64,000 bases of DNA from Marsupella aquatica. Lineage: Eukaryota; Plantae; Marchantiophyta. The DNA is taken from the NCBI GenBank assembly GCA_973895155.1, contig OZ316896.1, positions 14,230,584-14,294,583 on the forward strand. Direction: 5' to 3'. Positions 24,600 to 36,748 of the stretch are shown one piece after another (within the stretch, counting starts at the first letter, position 1; each line of letters starts with the position of its first letter). The notes beneath the pieces are model-generated. The model did no database searches. It worked only from the letters and a program-made list of their open reading frames with translations, and was not told where the DNA came from. The position numbers were made by a program, and so were the translations under genes.

Positions 24600-25340
24600 T
24601 GCAATGCATTGGCAAAAGTGCATGATCAAAAGAGATAGTGGGGATCCGGTGCCACCCATCCGGCCATGAATATCCTGAGCGGTCTGTCAAAGAAGCCCGT
24701 TGAACTGATGATGGAGACGCCCAAAGGTCTCAAGAGCAAGGGGGGCAAAGCTATCAGATGAAGCTCATCCAACATATTTGGCCTCGTTGTCATTGCCGCT
24801 TGTGGTGCTGTTGCTCTGGCTGTTGTTGTCACTGTCCCGATGATGTCTTGGCGCAATGGGTTGCCACCAGTCCTCTACATCTGCCAATTTAAGCGTGTTG
24901 ACCATCACGGACCATGGTAAGATCAACCCATAGCTGTTGTGGTGGAGGACCAGGTAACTCAAGCACCACCTTGCACCACAAAGGGAGCAAAGAGCCAGAG
25001 GGAACCTGAGCAATTGCATCTCTCCCAACGTCGTGAACAATAATTATGGTTTCGCCACCCAAGCTGCACCAAAGATGATGGACGCCTGTGGCATTATAAG
25101 GTTTCCCACATGCATGTGCAAGAAGTGGGTGGGACAGCCCCGTACAAAGACGCATGGCTATCGAGAACTTAATCCTCTCAAGACATCCACAGTTGAGGAA
25201 TGGCTAGATTGGCATGAAGCCAGATTCCTCATGCGCCATTCCCTCCAGAAGAAAGAATCCAAGATCAGTCTACGTCAGGTGCGCACCTTGGTGAGGATGC
25301 TAGAGCAGGTGAAAGTGTGCATACGCCCAACAAGGTCAAC
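24600..25340 (-). mobile_element. Degenerate RLE-type (CRE/R2-like) non-LTR retrotransposon remnant
   Basis: ACGKPYNATGVHHLWCSLGGETIIIVHDVGRDAI resembles a zinc knuckle plus RHD-like motif upstream of a PD-(D/E)xK nuclease. Confidence 0.5.
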
Positions 25341-25740
25341 CTGAAGACGGACAGGGTCCAAGGATAAAAACTCATGAAAATGAAAGTAAGCAGCTCGTAC
25401 GAGATCTGGTAATGATTGAGGCACACATACCAAGTCACCAAAATCTAACTCATTCTTGCTTTAAACGGGTTACTTAAAAATCCATCCAAACTCTAAAAAT
25501 GAATGATTAGAACATGGGAATACAAAAAAACAAACAAATTAAAGAAGTCCAAAGCGGACAAAAACCAAACATGAGAATCCTTTTGAGTGTGAAACACTAC
25601 AAGACACACTATTTTACCTTGTTTTGAGGAATCTTCACATTTGTTAGGTACCTTAAAGAATATTTGTTTCCTCATTTATCTATATACAATAGTCCAAAAA
25701 GCTTTTTATTACCATTTGGGGGAAATTGTTTAAAGTCGGA

Positions 25741-26542
25741 GCAACCCTATGGAAGACTTAAAACTTGGCAAATTCTTGTAAAAATGTGACTAAGACTTTT
25801 ACAGAGGTGCAAACCAGCAAAATTTTGCCATTTTGGGTTGTGCAAACAATATACCAAGTCAATGACCAAAGTTACGTGGCCACAATAGACTCAACTAATA
25901 TCTAGAGTTTGCATGGTTTTGACCACAAGCCCCGCCACAAGTATGGGCCACTTTCTGGCCACCAGCAAAATAAAGAATTGAAGTTACTTAGGCCAATAAT
26001 TTTAAGTTCTGGGCTCGACAAGTCTAGTATTTTGGGGGGTCCTTGCTTGATGAAACCTCAAAATAATTTTGACATGTAAAGTTAAAGACTATTCTAAACA
26101 TCCTATTGAGACATTGACTGTTGAGTGTATACCTTGGGGGGTCACTATAGGGAAGGCCATACATCACGTGCAAAGGTTTGGATCATTTATGACCCCCTAA
26201 GTCAATATATATTAATTAAACTTGTACAACATCAATCACTTGATGACACAATCATGTATTTTGCAATTAAACAACCCTATCTTTCCATTGACAACTTAGT
26301 AAGTCTCCTGTAAAACCTTTTTAAATGACCCCATATTTCATCGCATGTGATATATCACTTTCGTGGAAGTGACCCCCCAAATGTATACATTGTTTTGAGA
26401 TTAAAAAAGCAAAACAGGGTAGAAATAGTCTGGCAGTGTGTGAGGTGAGCCAATAGTGTATAAAAACTAACTATGTAATCATATCAAAGACTACTACTCA
26501 ATGTTTGGCATTTACTCTTGGGTCTAGAATGACGATATAGCC
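25741..26542 (+). repeat. Diverged direct repeat, copy 2
   Basis: Colinear similarity with 23056-23899. Confidence 0.9.
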
Positions 26543-26871
26543 GTCATTGGTCCAAGTGCCTCTCCCTCCTCCCCTTCATATGTAAGTTCTCTACTTTACT
26601 TTGCCTCTCCCATCCTTGTGTCTCTCCTCTCTCCCTCCTCCCGTTAGTACTAAGGACAGTACTCTACTTTACCTGTACTTTTATTATTGTGTCCGTCAAT
26701 TTCCTCCCCTCCCTTCACCTTCGTATGTGAGTACAGTCTCGAGTACAGTACAGTCTATCAAGTGCAGATTTTGGGACACCCGACCTTGCACTTATTCATG
26801 GCATGCACTTATGAGATAAGTGCATGGAAAATCAATTATTTTATTTCCCATATGGTAGGCGCTATCAAGAC

Positions 26872-27600
26872 ATTTTTCTTTCAAAGATCAACACACACGC
26901 CCCGCGAGGTGGGGCGCAAAAGGGACGGAGCGCACCCCAACAACACTCCACCCATGGGACAAAATCCACCAGGGGAGGAAAATGCCAAGGCTCAAAACAA
27001 AAGGACCCATAGAAGACCAAACCCAATCATGCTATGAGCACCCGGCAGGCGCCCTGCCTTGGCAACCACCGAAACCTGGGCCGAAACCTTACAATGAGGG
27101 CACAAGCACTCACTACTGCTGCTGGAACTTAACTACTTTCCTCATCTTCAGCACCAAGAGAAATCGGACTCTCAGTCCGCTCCCAGGGTTTGAGCATGAT
27201 CTGGAGTTGCTTAATGGTGTCCCTTAGCTGCTTACATTTCTTCATGGAGTGACAGATGTTCTTCATGGATTTTCAAATGTATGTCAGTCTTAAGGAGGAT
27301 GACCCAACCAGGGAGCCTCCCTAGGAACTGCGAGTAGGTGGCTTTGCTCCTCTCATTCCAAATGCTATTGCAGAGCTCCATAAGAATAATCAAAGGTCTA
27401 GGTTTCCGTTTATGCTTCAAGATTGCACTGTTAATGGCCTCAAACAGTGTGCTGGTATTAATCTTGAGGCCAGGCAGGGGAGTTAAGCACAAGTTGGTTA
27501 AGCTCTGTCCACCTCTCAGCAACTTTGCCACAGTTGAAGAATAGGTGTTCAGTATGCTCAAAGCACAGATTACACTTGGAACAAATTCAAGAGACATTTA
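26872..27600 (-). mobile_element. 5'-truncated L1-like LINE 3' fragment
   Basis: ORF 27232-27597 contains ELCNSIWNERSKATY, like the 'W-x-IW-x-x-RN' motif after zf-RVT. A-rich end near 26872-26882. Confidence 0.55.
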
Positions 27601-28350
27601 CTTGATAAACCCCCAATTGAAAAGTGTTATTGAAATGAGTTATCCAGACCATTGCTAGCTAGATTTTTAATCAACATATACATCCAAAACCTCATGGGGT
27701 TTGGTTGTGGTTGAAAACTTTGTTTTGGGGGTCATCAAGTGAATGTCTTTCATATGAATATAGTTCATCTCCTGTTTTCAGGGCATTGAAAAGAGTGCTT
27801 CAGCTCAAGTTTTGAGGGACTACTATTGTCCATGATGCTCTGGTAACAGTGGTAACAGGATATTAGTGCACAGACAGGAATAAGAAATTTTTTCAGTAGG
27901 TTTAGTAAAAATATGGGAAAAGTTTCATAGTGAGCCTATTTGTGCATTCTTCTCCAAAAATGCACTGAAAATTACAAAGAGGAAAATCATGAAGGGCATT
28001 AGGTTCTTGTTAATTCACTTCCCCATATGTGCAATGTATCCAATATCCAAATGGAAAATGACTTATGCACTTTCCCATATGTGTTTTCAAGTGATACACA
28101 ATGGACTCCTCCTACCCCAAGCCCTAGTGTTGCAAAGTTCAATTGGATAAGTGCATAAAGATATAACTATCCACTGCACTCATTGAAATTCTTCCTATGG
28201 CTATGCTGCAGTAATGGACAAGTGCATAATGCACTTATGAGGAGTATGCACTTGTGTATTTGTGGTTTAATGACAATCGAGATGTAAACTCTGCAGTCAG
28301 AAAAAATACTGTAAAATTTAGGCACTACATGAACAGCCTGCACTAGTCCA

Positions 28351-28771
28351 TGTTGAGCATAGACGACGATCGCAACGGCAAGCCCATGAACCATCCAACG
28401 CACAATAGTCGACACAAGAGATACGTGGTTCACCTCCTTGAGGCTACGTCCACGGGAACACACAAGAGAGCTTTACTGAACTCTAAGCCCGTCGGCTATA
28501 CCGAGTCTCCACAGTGTAAGCTCTCCCTATCTCTCAAGTGGCTCCATAACAATGAGCCTTGGTTCTACCTCTCCAAGCACACATGCCTCTTATGATATAG
28601 TGTGCAACTTAGTTGTACCTAACCACATAGTTGTACCTAATCACGTAGTTGTACCTAACCACATAGTTGTACCTAATCACGTAGTTGTACCTAACCACGT
28701 AGTTGTACCAACCCACGTTGTTGTACCAACCACGTCATACCTAACCTAGACGTAAGAGTAAATACCCAACA
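28351..28771 (-). repeat. 3' LTR, containing seven 18-bp tandem units (28610-28734)
   Basis: I found one substitution versus the 5' LTR; unit TAGTTGTACCTAAYCACR. Confidence 0.95.
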
Positions 28772-28784
28772 ATCTTCCCCTTGA
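28772..28784 (-). other. Polypurine tract
   Basis: TCAAGGGGAAGAT immediately before the 3' LTR. Confidence 0.85.
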
Positions 28785-28962
28785 CTCTGGTCTAGGGGAG
28801 AGTAATACTGCCAATGTATATGATCCCTCAGCGGGAAGTTCTGGACAGAAACCAAACCGGTTTCCCTCTCTAACTAGAGCAAACCAGAACTAAGCCGTAG
28901 CCTAATACATAGGAATGAGGAAGAGCATATATCAGTAATTACAATGAATGTTTAAGAAAACT

Positions 28963-30358
28963 CTACTTGTGATGCAATTGTAAAACCTGCAATACGTCAC
29001 GGTGTCTAGAGAAACTCTCCAAAGGAATCACTTTGGTAAATGCGTCAGCCGGGTTGAGTTTACCATCAATCTTGACTAGCTCAAACAAATTATCAGACAC
29101 AGCCTGCCTGATAAAATGGTACCTGACGTCAATGTGCTTCACTCTGTTGTCCATCACCTGGTTCACAGCAAGGTGGAGCGCACTTTGACTATCACAATGG
29201 AGCTTCACATTCCCCTGTGGCAATCCCATTTCAGTGATAAGTCTATCCAACCAAATCGCTTCCTTTGCTGCTTCCGCAGCTGCAACATACTCCGCTTCTG
29301 TAGTAGACTGAGCAATACACTTCTGCAAAGTAGACCTCCAACTTATGCATCCACCGCCAAGTGTGAACACGTATCCTGTTGTTGATCTCCTTCGGTCCAA
29401 ATCTTGTCCATAGTCAGAATCTACATAGCCAATCAATGATCTAGCATTCTTTGCATTCGCATCAAATAAAAGACCATGATCCACGGTACCCTTCAAGTAC
29501 CTGATAATCCACTTCACTGCTTCCCAGTGTACCTTCCCTGGATTCGACATGTACCTGCTCACCTTGCCCATAGCCATGGCAAGATCAGGTCTAGTGCAAG
29601 TCATCAAATACATGAGACTCCCCACTGCCTTGTCATATGGAACCTTTGACATCAACCCCTTCTCTGTGTCATCCGTAGGACAGAACACTGATGATAACTT
29701 GAAGTGTGGAGCCAACGGGGTACTTACTGGCTTGCTATTCTCCATGTTGAACCTTGCAATTACCTTCCTCGCATAACTGCTCTGCGTCAACCATAGCTTG
29801 CCAGCCTCCAAGTCCCTAGTGATCTCCATACCCAAAATCCTCTTAGCTGGCCCTAAGTCCTTCATCTTAAACTCTGCACTAAGCAGTGCCTTGAGCTTAA
29901 CAATCTCAGACCTATCCTTGGCTGCAATTAGCATGTCATCCACATAAAGTACTAAAACAATGAACCCAAAGACAACATTCTTCACCGGTTTCAAATACAC
30001 ACAAGGGTCAACTACACTTCTGTGAAAACCTTGTGACCGAATCCAATCGTCAAACCGCTTGTTCCACTGTCTTGGTGACTGCTTCAACCCATACAAGGAT
30101 TTCAGCAATCTGCAAACCAATTCCTCCTGTCCTCTCTTCACAAAACCTAGCGGTTGTCTCATGAAGATCACCTCTTCCAATGTGCCATAGAGGAAAGCTG
30201 TGACAACATCCATCTGATCTAGGAGCAGACCAAACATTACAACAAGTACACACAATAGTCGTATTGTAGAGTACTTAGCAACTGGTGAGAAGACCTCATT
30301 GTAATCCACACCTTTCTCTTGTGTGAATCCCTTTGCTACCAATCTAGCCTTGTAGACC
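28963..30358 (-). pseudogene. Copia reverse transcriptase-RNase H, N-terminally truncated
   Basis: YKARLVAKGFTQ, QMDVVTAFL, LYGLKQSPRQW, LYVDDML, GYVDSD, EAEYVA, KHIDVRYHF in one open frame. Confidence 0.95.
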
Positions 30359-30359
30359 T

Positions 30360-31468
30360 TCGCTGCCCTCAATGTTAACCGTGGGAGGAGTATGCAGCGA
30401 CCAACTGGGGACCGTAGAACCCAGTTTAGATCTAAATCCAGATCTAAGTCCAAGGGTAAATCCCCTCAGAGGAGGCAGGTGACATGTTGGAAGTGCAACC
30501 AAGTTGGACACTTCAAGCGAGACTGTAAGGGAAAGGCAACGGAAACTTCATCGGCAAATGTGGCTAGGGCTGATGGAGAAGCTGATTTACTCAATAATGA
30601 GTATGTTTTATGAAGTCGGTGGTATGCCCTGTGCACGTCATCTAGGAGAGCAGATGATGTGTGGATTCTTGATTGTGCTTGCTCTTTTCATATTTGTTAC
30701 ATTTGTGAGTTTTTCAGTTCTTACTCTGTTTCAAACGGTTCAGTTCTGATGGGAAATGATCACTCCTGTCAAATTGAGGGAATTGGGTCTGTGAAGATTC
30801 AAATGTTTGATGGCGCTGTGCGCACAGTGTCCGGAGTCAGGTATGTACCTGGCATGCGTAAGAATCTGATTTCACTCGGTGTGTTGGATTCAAATGGTCA
30901 TCAATGGAGCGTTATTGATGGTGAACTTCAAGTCAGGTCGGGAGAGACAGTGATTTTGAAGGGGAGTAGACAAAAGAATTTGTATGTGTTACAGGGCAAT
31001 ACTGTATGTGGAGAGGCCAATGTAACCAAGTCTCACGAGGAGATGACTCAACTGTGGCATTCACGGCTAGGCCACATGAGTGAGAAGGGTTTGGCTATCT
31101 TACGGAAGAATGGACTCATTTCTGATTTGCAATCTTGTAAATTAGAGTTTTGTGAGCATTGCATTCTTGGAAAGCAGCATCGTCGTGCTTTTGGTGTTGA
31201 AACTCATTGTTCCAAGGCGGTTCTTGAGTATATACATAGTGACATGTGGGGTCCATTCCCGACTCTCTCACACTCTGGAAAGTTGTATGTATCATTTATT
31301 GACGATTACTCAAGATTTATGTGGATTTATTTTATGACGCATAAGTCTGATGTCTTGTCCATTTTTAAGAAGTGGAAGGCCCAGGTGGAGAATTAGACTG
31401 GAAACACGGTCAAGTGTTTGGATACAAGGGTGAAGAGTCTAAGGTCAGACAATGACAGGGAGTACACT
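30360..31468 (+). pseudogene. Inverted copia segment: zinc knuckle, protease, GAG-pre-integrase, integrase N-terminal part
   Basis: CWKCNQVGHFKRDC, WILDCACSFH, LWHSRLGHMSEKG, CEHCILGKQ, HSDMWGP, FIDDYSR, LRSDNDREY on the strand opposite gag and RT. In-frame stops at 30611 and 31394. Confidence 0.93.
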
Positions 31469-32123
31469 GGTAAGATGGAGGCAATGAACTAAGAAGCTGC
31501 AGAGCCTTCGTCTCATCATTCAAAGTCTCCCCAAGGTTTTCCAAGTCAACGACCATGTCGTTGAAAGCATCCACATGGTCTTGCAACTTCGTACCAGATT
31601 CCTTCATCCTGAAACTCATCAGTTTGTAGGAAGTGTAGAGCCGGTTCGACAACTCCTTGCGGTGATACTTGCTCTGCAATTCCGCAAACAAGGACATGCA
31701 ATCCTTATGTGCACCCAACTGCTTGATGATGGGAGGCATGAGATAGAGTGTAACACACCACACTCCCTGCTCCTGCATGCGGTCCCATTGTTTCTCATCA
31801 ACATCGTTTTCACGAGGGCTCAGCAGTTGGCCCATCCCTGACGCATAAAGCACTCCCTTCACCTGCTTCTCCCATAGCAAGTAGTCAGAGCGCCCATCAT
31901 ACCTTGTCACTTCATACTTGGGTCCCCCAAGCTTGAAAGTCCCCATCTTCTTCTTTACCGTGAGCTCCGGTAGTAGTACTGCTTCCTCCACCACACGCCG
32001 CACCGGTGATGGTATCGGTGTCACGTGCTCTTCCTCTTGCTCCTCTCTCTGCCCCTGAAACCTCCACGGTGATCCTCGTGCTTCAAGTTCCACGTCTTCG
32101 AAAAACTCCTCTGAATCACTCAT
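31467..32123 (-). pseudogene. Copia gag, C-terminally truncated
   Basis: KYEVTRYDGRSDYLLWEKQVKGVL..KALQLLSSLPPSYQ, then an abrupt junction. Confidence 0.9.
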
Positions 32124-33263
32124 ATGAGAAAGTCACAAAAAATGTTGTTTTTCACAACTTCTCAAAAAACTCGAAACTCAACACCGCCGCGTAGCCCACA
32201 AAGCTAGGAGTCCAATACTGAAAACCAAAATCAAAATCAAAATTTGACGGAAAAGTTATTCAAATTTCGGTCGAGGTGGGTAAAACCTTGGGAAACTCCC
32301 CCGTTTTGACCACCTCAGGGAATAACCGAAATACCAAGTACAACCCGTTGTCGGAATTGCGATGTGATTGGTGCGCTGCATTGCCAACTTCAATGGCTAC
32401 GACCTCGCCGAAAAATAACCAAAAAAGTTACCGTTCGGCGGATGAAATCTTTGTCGGACGGTCAAAAAATAGCTCTCTGGTTTTTTGGAATATTCTATGA
32501 CCCTTGTACAGGCCCTGTGGGAATTTTGGAAGAACATTCGAGGGGCTGACATGTGTCCTCGAACCCCCAAAACCCCCTACCACCCTTCGTCGTCGAAATC
32601 TGGTCGCGCGCGCAGAAAATACACACGGCAGAATGTACCCCTCGACACCAAACGCAAGATATCTCACTCGGGTTTTGACGAAATCAAGATCCGATTTCAG
32701 ATTTGGAAACTAGACTCCGAGGCGATGAAGATCGATATAAGAAGCACCCAAAACGAGGAAAGAACGAGGGAGAAAAAAATTGGTAAAGATGACAGATTTC
32801 TCTCAATTGCCATAGCCAATTTCGAATCAGTTTTTCAAAGAGAAAAAATGGGTACCTTGTCAACAACGAATGTTGATCAATTGCACTTGGTGCCGTCACC
32901 AAGTCCAACAAGGTAATTGATTTTGCTTAGCCTTCCTCTTTGCATCAAAGAGCCAATCCCGGACTCAAAAACAATCGTCTTGCCTCAATCTCTCCGTTGA
33001 GTTAAAACACTTGACGCTTCTCCCTCCGAGTCGATTGCCAACTTTCTTCACAAAATCCAGAACGACGAAAACTTAGATCTCTCTGCACCACGAGCTCCGT
33101 TCAACGATTTCTTCACACCGTTAGAAAGCTCTTGCCCTGATCTATCCGTTGAGCCCATAAACTCCAAGTTCCATGCGATGGAACTCTGGAAAATCCACCA
33201 ACACTCAACGCTGGAAAAACCGTCATGAAATCCCGTCACGAACACACATCACCTCCCAAGCAT

Positions 33264-33275
33264 GCTCTGATACCA
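33264..33275 (-). other. Primer-binding site (initiator Met-tRNA)
   Basis: TGGTATCAGAGC 2 nt inside the 5' LTR boundary. Confidence 0.95.
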
Positions 33276-33277
33276 AT

Positions 33278-33698
33278 TGTTGAGCATAGACGACGATCGC
33301 AACAGCAAGCCCATGAACCATCCAACGCACAATAGTCGACACAAGAGATACGTGGTTCACCTCCTTGAGGCTACGTCCACGGGAACACACAAGAGAGCTT
33401 TACTGAACTCTAAGCCCGTCGGCTATACCGAGTCTCCACAGTGTAAGCTCTCCCTATCTCTCAAGTGGCTCCATAACAATGAGCCTTGGTTCTACCTCTC
33501 CAAGCACACATGCCTCTTATGATATAGTGTGCAACTTAGTTGTACCTAACCACATAGTTGTACCTAATCACGTAGTTGTACCTAACCACATAGTTGTACC
33601 TAATCACGTAGTTGTACCTAACCACGTAGTTGTACCAACCCACGTTGTTGTACCAACCACGTCATACCTAACCTAGACGTAAGAGTAAATACCCAACA
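33278..33698 (-). repeat. 5' LTR
   Basis: 421 bp, near-identical to 28351-28771. Confidence 0.95.
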
Positions 33699-35529
33699 GT
33701 CCAGAATGTAACTGGCACAGTGCACTTATTCAGGGTTGACTGTACTGTCCTTGATTTCTCCCAAAGAGCAGCATCCCCACTGGTTTAAAGATTGAAGTGA
33801 AGCTGGAATCTGAAAAAGTGGAGGGGATGAAATGCAGGTCTGGATTTTCAGCCCCCCAAACAGAACTGGTCTCCTACCAGTGCCCCCCCATATGGGCTGC
33901 CAAATCCCTCTAAGCCAAGTTTGAACTCATAGGGCACTAGTTCAAACCTCAGTTTACTTGCAGAAATTTCATCTACATCCACTTTGACTTAGTGACAGAA
34001 CGCTATTGAGAGGGCAGTGTTCAATTTCACAGTGGATCACTGATGGAGCAGGAGGCTTTGGATGTATGTAGGCTGAATTCGCAGAGGCCAATTGAGATCA
34101 AAGTGGCCTATTAGGAGGAAGAACAAGTATTCACAGACCTTGCTTCCCTAGAAATATGCGAGTACTTGCGGCAGGACATGGCCCATGGTTGCTGCTGATC
34201 TGGCGTGGCTATGGAAGCCAGGTCAACTGGTGCGGAGAGTAGCCCAGACTGGCATGGAGTGGTTGGAGACAGAAAAGCCAGAACAAATTAAATTGAAGTA
34301 GATAATCACTATGCAACAAAGAATGTGGCAGATCACATTCTTTGCCTTTGTTGGCATTCAGATGTCAACATCTGGCAGCACGCTGTGACTACATTTTCCA
34401 GGACATGAAGTGATTTTGGCTTCATGCACAAATTGACAAAATTTTGTGTCCAGATTTCAACATTTCCCATGCATGAAAATCTATTGACGGTGATCATGGA
34501 GGTCAAGGGAATTTGTCTGGCCTTCCTCCCGAACTGTATACAGTTTACAGGCATTGGGCCAGATGCAGAGCTTTGGTTCGGATGCTCTAAAGTGTGTAAC
34601 ACTCTTCTCCAGGCAGGATCATGCTATTCGAGTTCACCTGAAATTTTCCCTTCATAATATGCAACCTCTGAACATGCAAAGATACACTTTTCACATTGAC
34701 CAGCCCTTACACAACAAATGAACCCCTGTCCTTTAATTCGCATTATTGATGTTAAATATCTGATGGTGCTGAAAAAGGGGGTGAGGCTAAATTTTCTGAC
34801 ATTTACACCTTTCTCAAGGTCTACAACTGGTCCCATAAGAAAATTAGGCTTGTGTGGACTGGCAGGTTAGTTGTGAAACTAACAAGTTGGTGTGGATTTT
34901 CATTGGCACAACATCCAAAAAGACTCATATAACACCTTGACAGTCTCCAACTGGTCCAATAAGAAAATTAAATTAGGCTTGTATGGACTGACAGGTTAGT
35001 TGGGAAATTGGCAGTTGGGATGGACTTTCATTGGCACAACATCTGAAAACACAATCGAGGTAAGACGCTGATTTCGGGGACTACAGTACACGACTACACG
35101 AGCTGTCGAAGATTGAAGTCGCAAATTGTTGGCGTTCCATTAATTAGTGTGTGTCAAACTATTGACCTTTTGCTTACACAGTTACAGGCGAAACTTTTTT
35201 AGACATAAGATTCTTAAGTTCCTCACATCCTGGCCATAAAACATTTTTAACTTCCTTACATCCGGGTCATAAAACATCCTGGCCATAAAATAGTTTTATG
35301 GGCTTGGCCCTATCTCATTTACGGTGTTAGTTTGAAGTGCCCTATTCATCCTCATTGCCACCCTGGCCATAAAACAGTTGTATAAGCTTGGCCCTATCTC
35401 ATTTATGGTGCTAGTTTGAGGTGCCCTATTCATCCCTCTTTGATACCCTGCATTTCATTGAGATTTGTGTCGATCAAGAGAGCATTCTGTCTAGGATTAA
35501 CCCCTGGTCTGACGATAGAAAAGATGTTG

Positions 35530-35534
<5 letters not shown>

Positions 35535-35570
<36 letters not shown>
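35535..35570 (+). repeat. (AG)18 microsatellite
   Basis: Direct reading. Confidence 0.95.
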
Positions 35571-35571
<1 letters not shown>

Positions 35572-36748
35572 ACAAAAATGAGTCCCAGTACTTGCCCATC
35601 AAAATTCTGAAGCAGTTTAGGTGAGAACAAAAGACACTTCGAGCATCCCAGGTATAAAAAACAACACTTAGAGTAGCTCCAGTGGTAAGAGTCAAATGAG
35701 CTTGTAAACTCTAAAAAGAACATATATAGGCCGGCTGATTTTTAATATCATGCGCTGGGAAGCCATCCCTATCCCTAAATAAATGTTAGCAGCCTCCATT
35801 TTCACAACACTCACCTCCATATTTGGTTGCAATGGCAGCTAGGAGAAAGATCTCTATCCTGGCCTCTATTCACATCTCAGAGATTCCACCAAATTAATGT
35901 CACAAGATAGTGGATATGTTTGGAAATTTGAATCTAGTGATGACAACACATCACTTTGGAAAAGATACAGGTCAAAGAAGGAGAAGGAGGGCTGGTGATC
36001 AAATTCACTGAATTCAGTGTGGGGGATTTTCTAATTTCACCTTCTGGTGGAGGGTTTTTATCTGCAATTACCTTCGGGCCAAAAACGAGGCCACCCTTTC
36101 CAATATCTGATCGAGAGGACCATTGACAGTGTCTCCTGACAAAAAGCTGTCAGGTTATGCATTTAATAGTCTCCTGACAGAGTAAGCATGGATCGAGAGT
36201 ACACTTCACAAGACCAATTACAGTAGGGGTTTAAACATTGATACTGCACACATGACATTTGGGGGGACCCACTTTAGTCCAATTAGGATTGGGAGAAATT
36301 ACACACCAGCTTTGGGGAGACCCAATGCAGTTCATCTAGGTGGGAGGAATCAAGAACTATAATACAAGGTTGCGCCTCATTCAAAAATACAGTGCCAAGA
36401 AAAGAAGTAACCAATAAACAGAAGGGATAAAACCAAAAGCAAATTAAATATAGTGTGAACCAAAAAGTACAGTAAATCTTTTCACACAAACAGTAATCAA
36501 TTGGTGTACACAAAAAACAAAAAATGTAACTAACCCTGTTGCATGCACTTTGCACACAAAAAAAAATCTAATGGTGGGAACAAAAGACAAAAATGTACCT
36601 AACCCAGTTGTATGCAAGAGTATCATAAGTGATATACCATATCCTCTAAAAATGGATATGGTACTATTTACAAACTCAAGAAAAAATGGGAACAATCCTA
36701 GGTCTTAAGTAAAATTTTGTTTTTCTGTAAATGTAGGATCCATCCATA

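Larger units (their letters stand above)
28351..33698 (-). mobile_element. Ty1/copia LTR retrotransposon, internally rearranged, TSD GTCCA
   Basis: 421-bp TG..CA LTRs at 28351-28771 and 33278-33698. GTCCA at 28346-28350 and 33699-33703. PBS, PPT, gag and RT-RNaseH are present. Confidence 0.97.

Noticed and set aside
28610-28734. 18-bp repeats and the VVPNH-repeat ORFs (28552-28749, 33479-33676) as a CRISPR array or repeat protein
   Set aside because: No unique spacers; they are tandem units inside both LTRs and the ORFs are incidental
28963-30453. 496-aa ORF with N-terminal MDLDLDLDL as a genuine protein start
   Set aside because: The first ~30 aa are the antisense reading of the inverted gag segment fused to RT at the breakpoint
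32276-33245. ORFs in the copia 5' leader as an extra (env-like) gene
   Set aside because: Short, on both strands, no recognisable motif or TM segment
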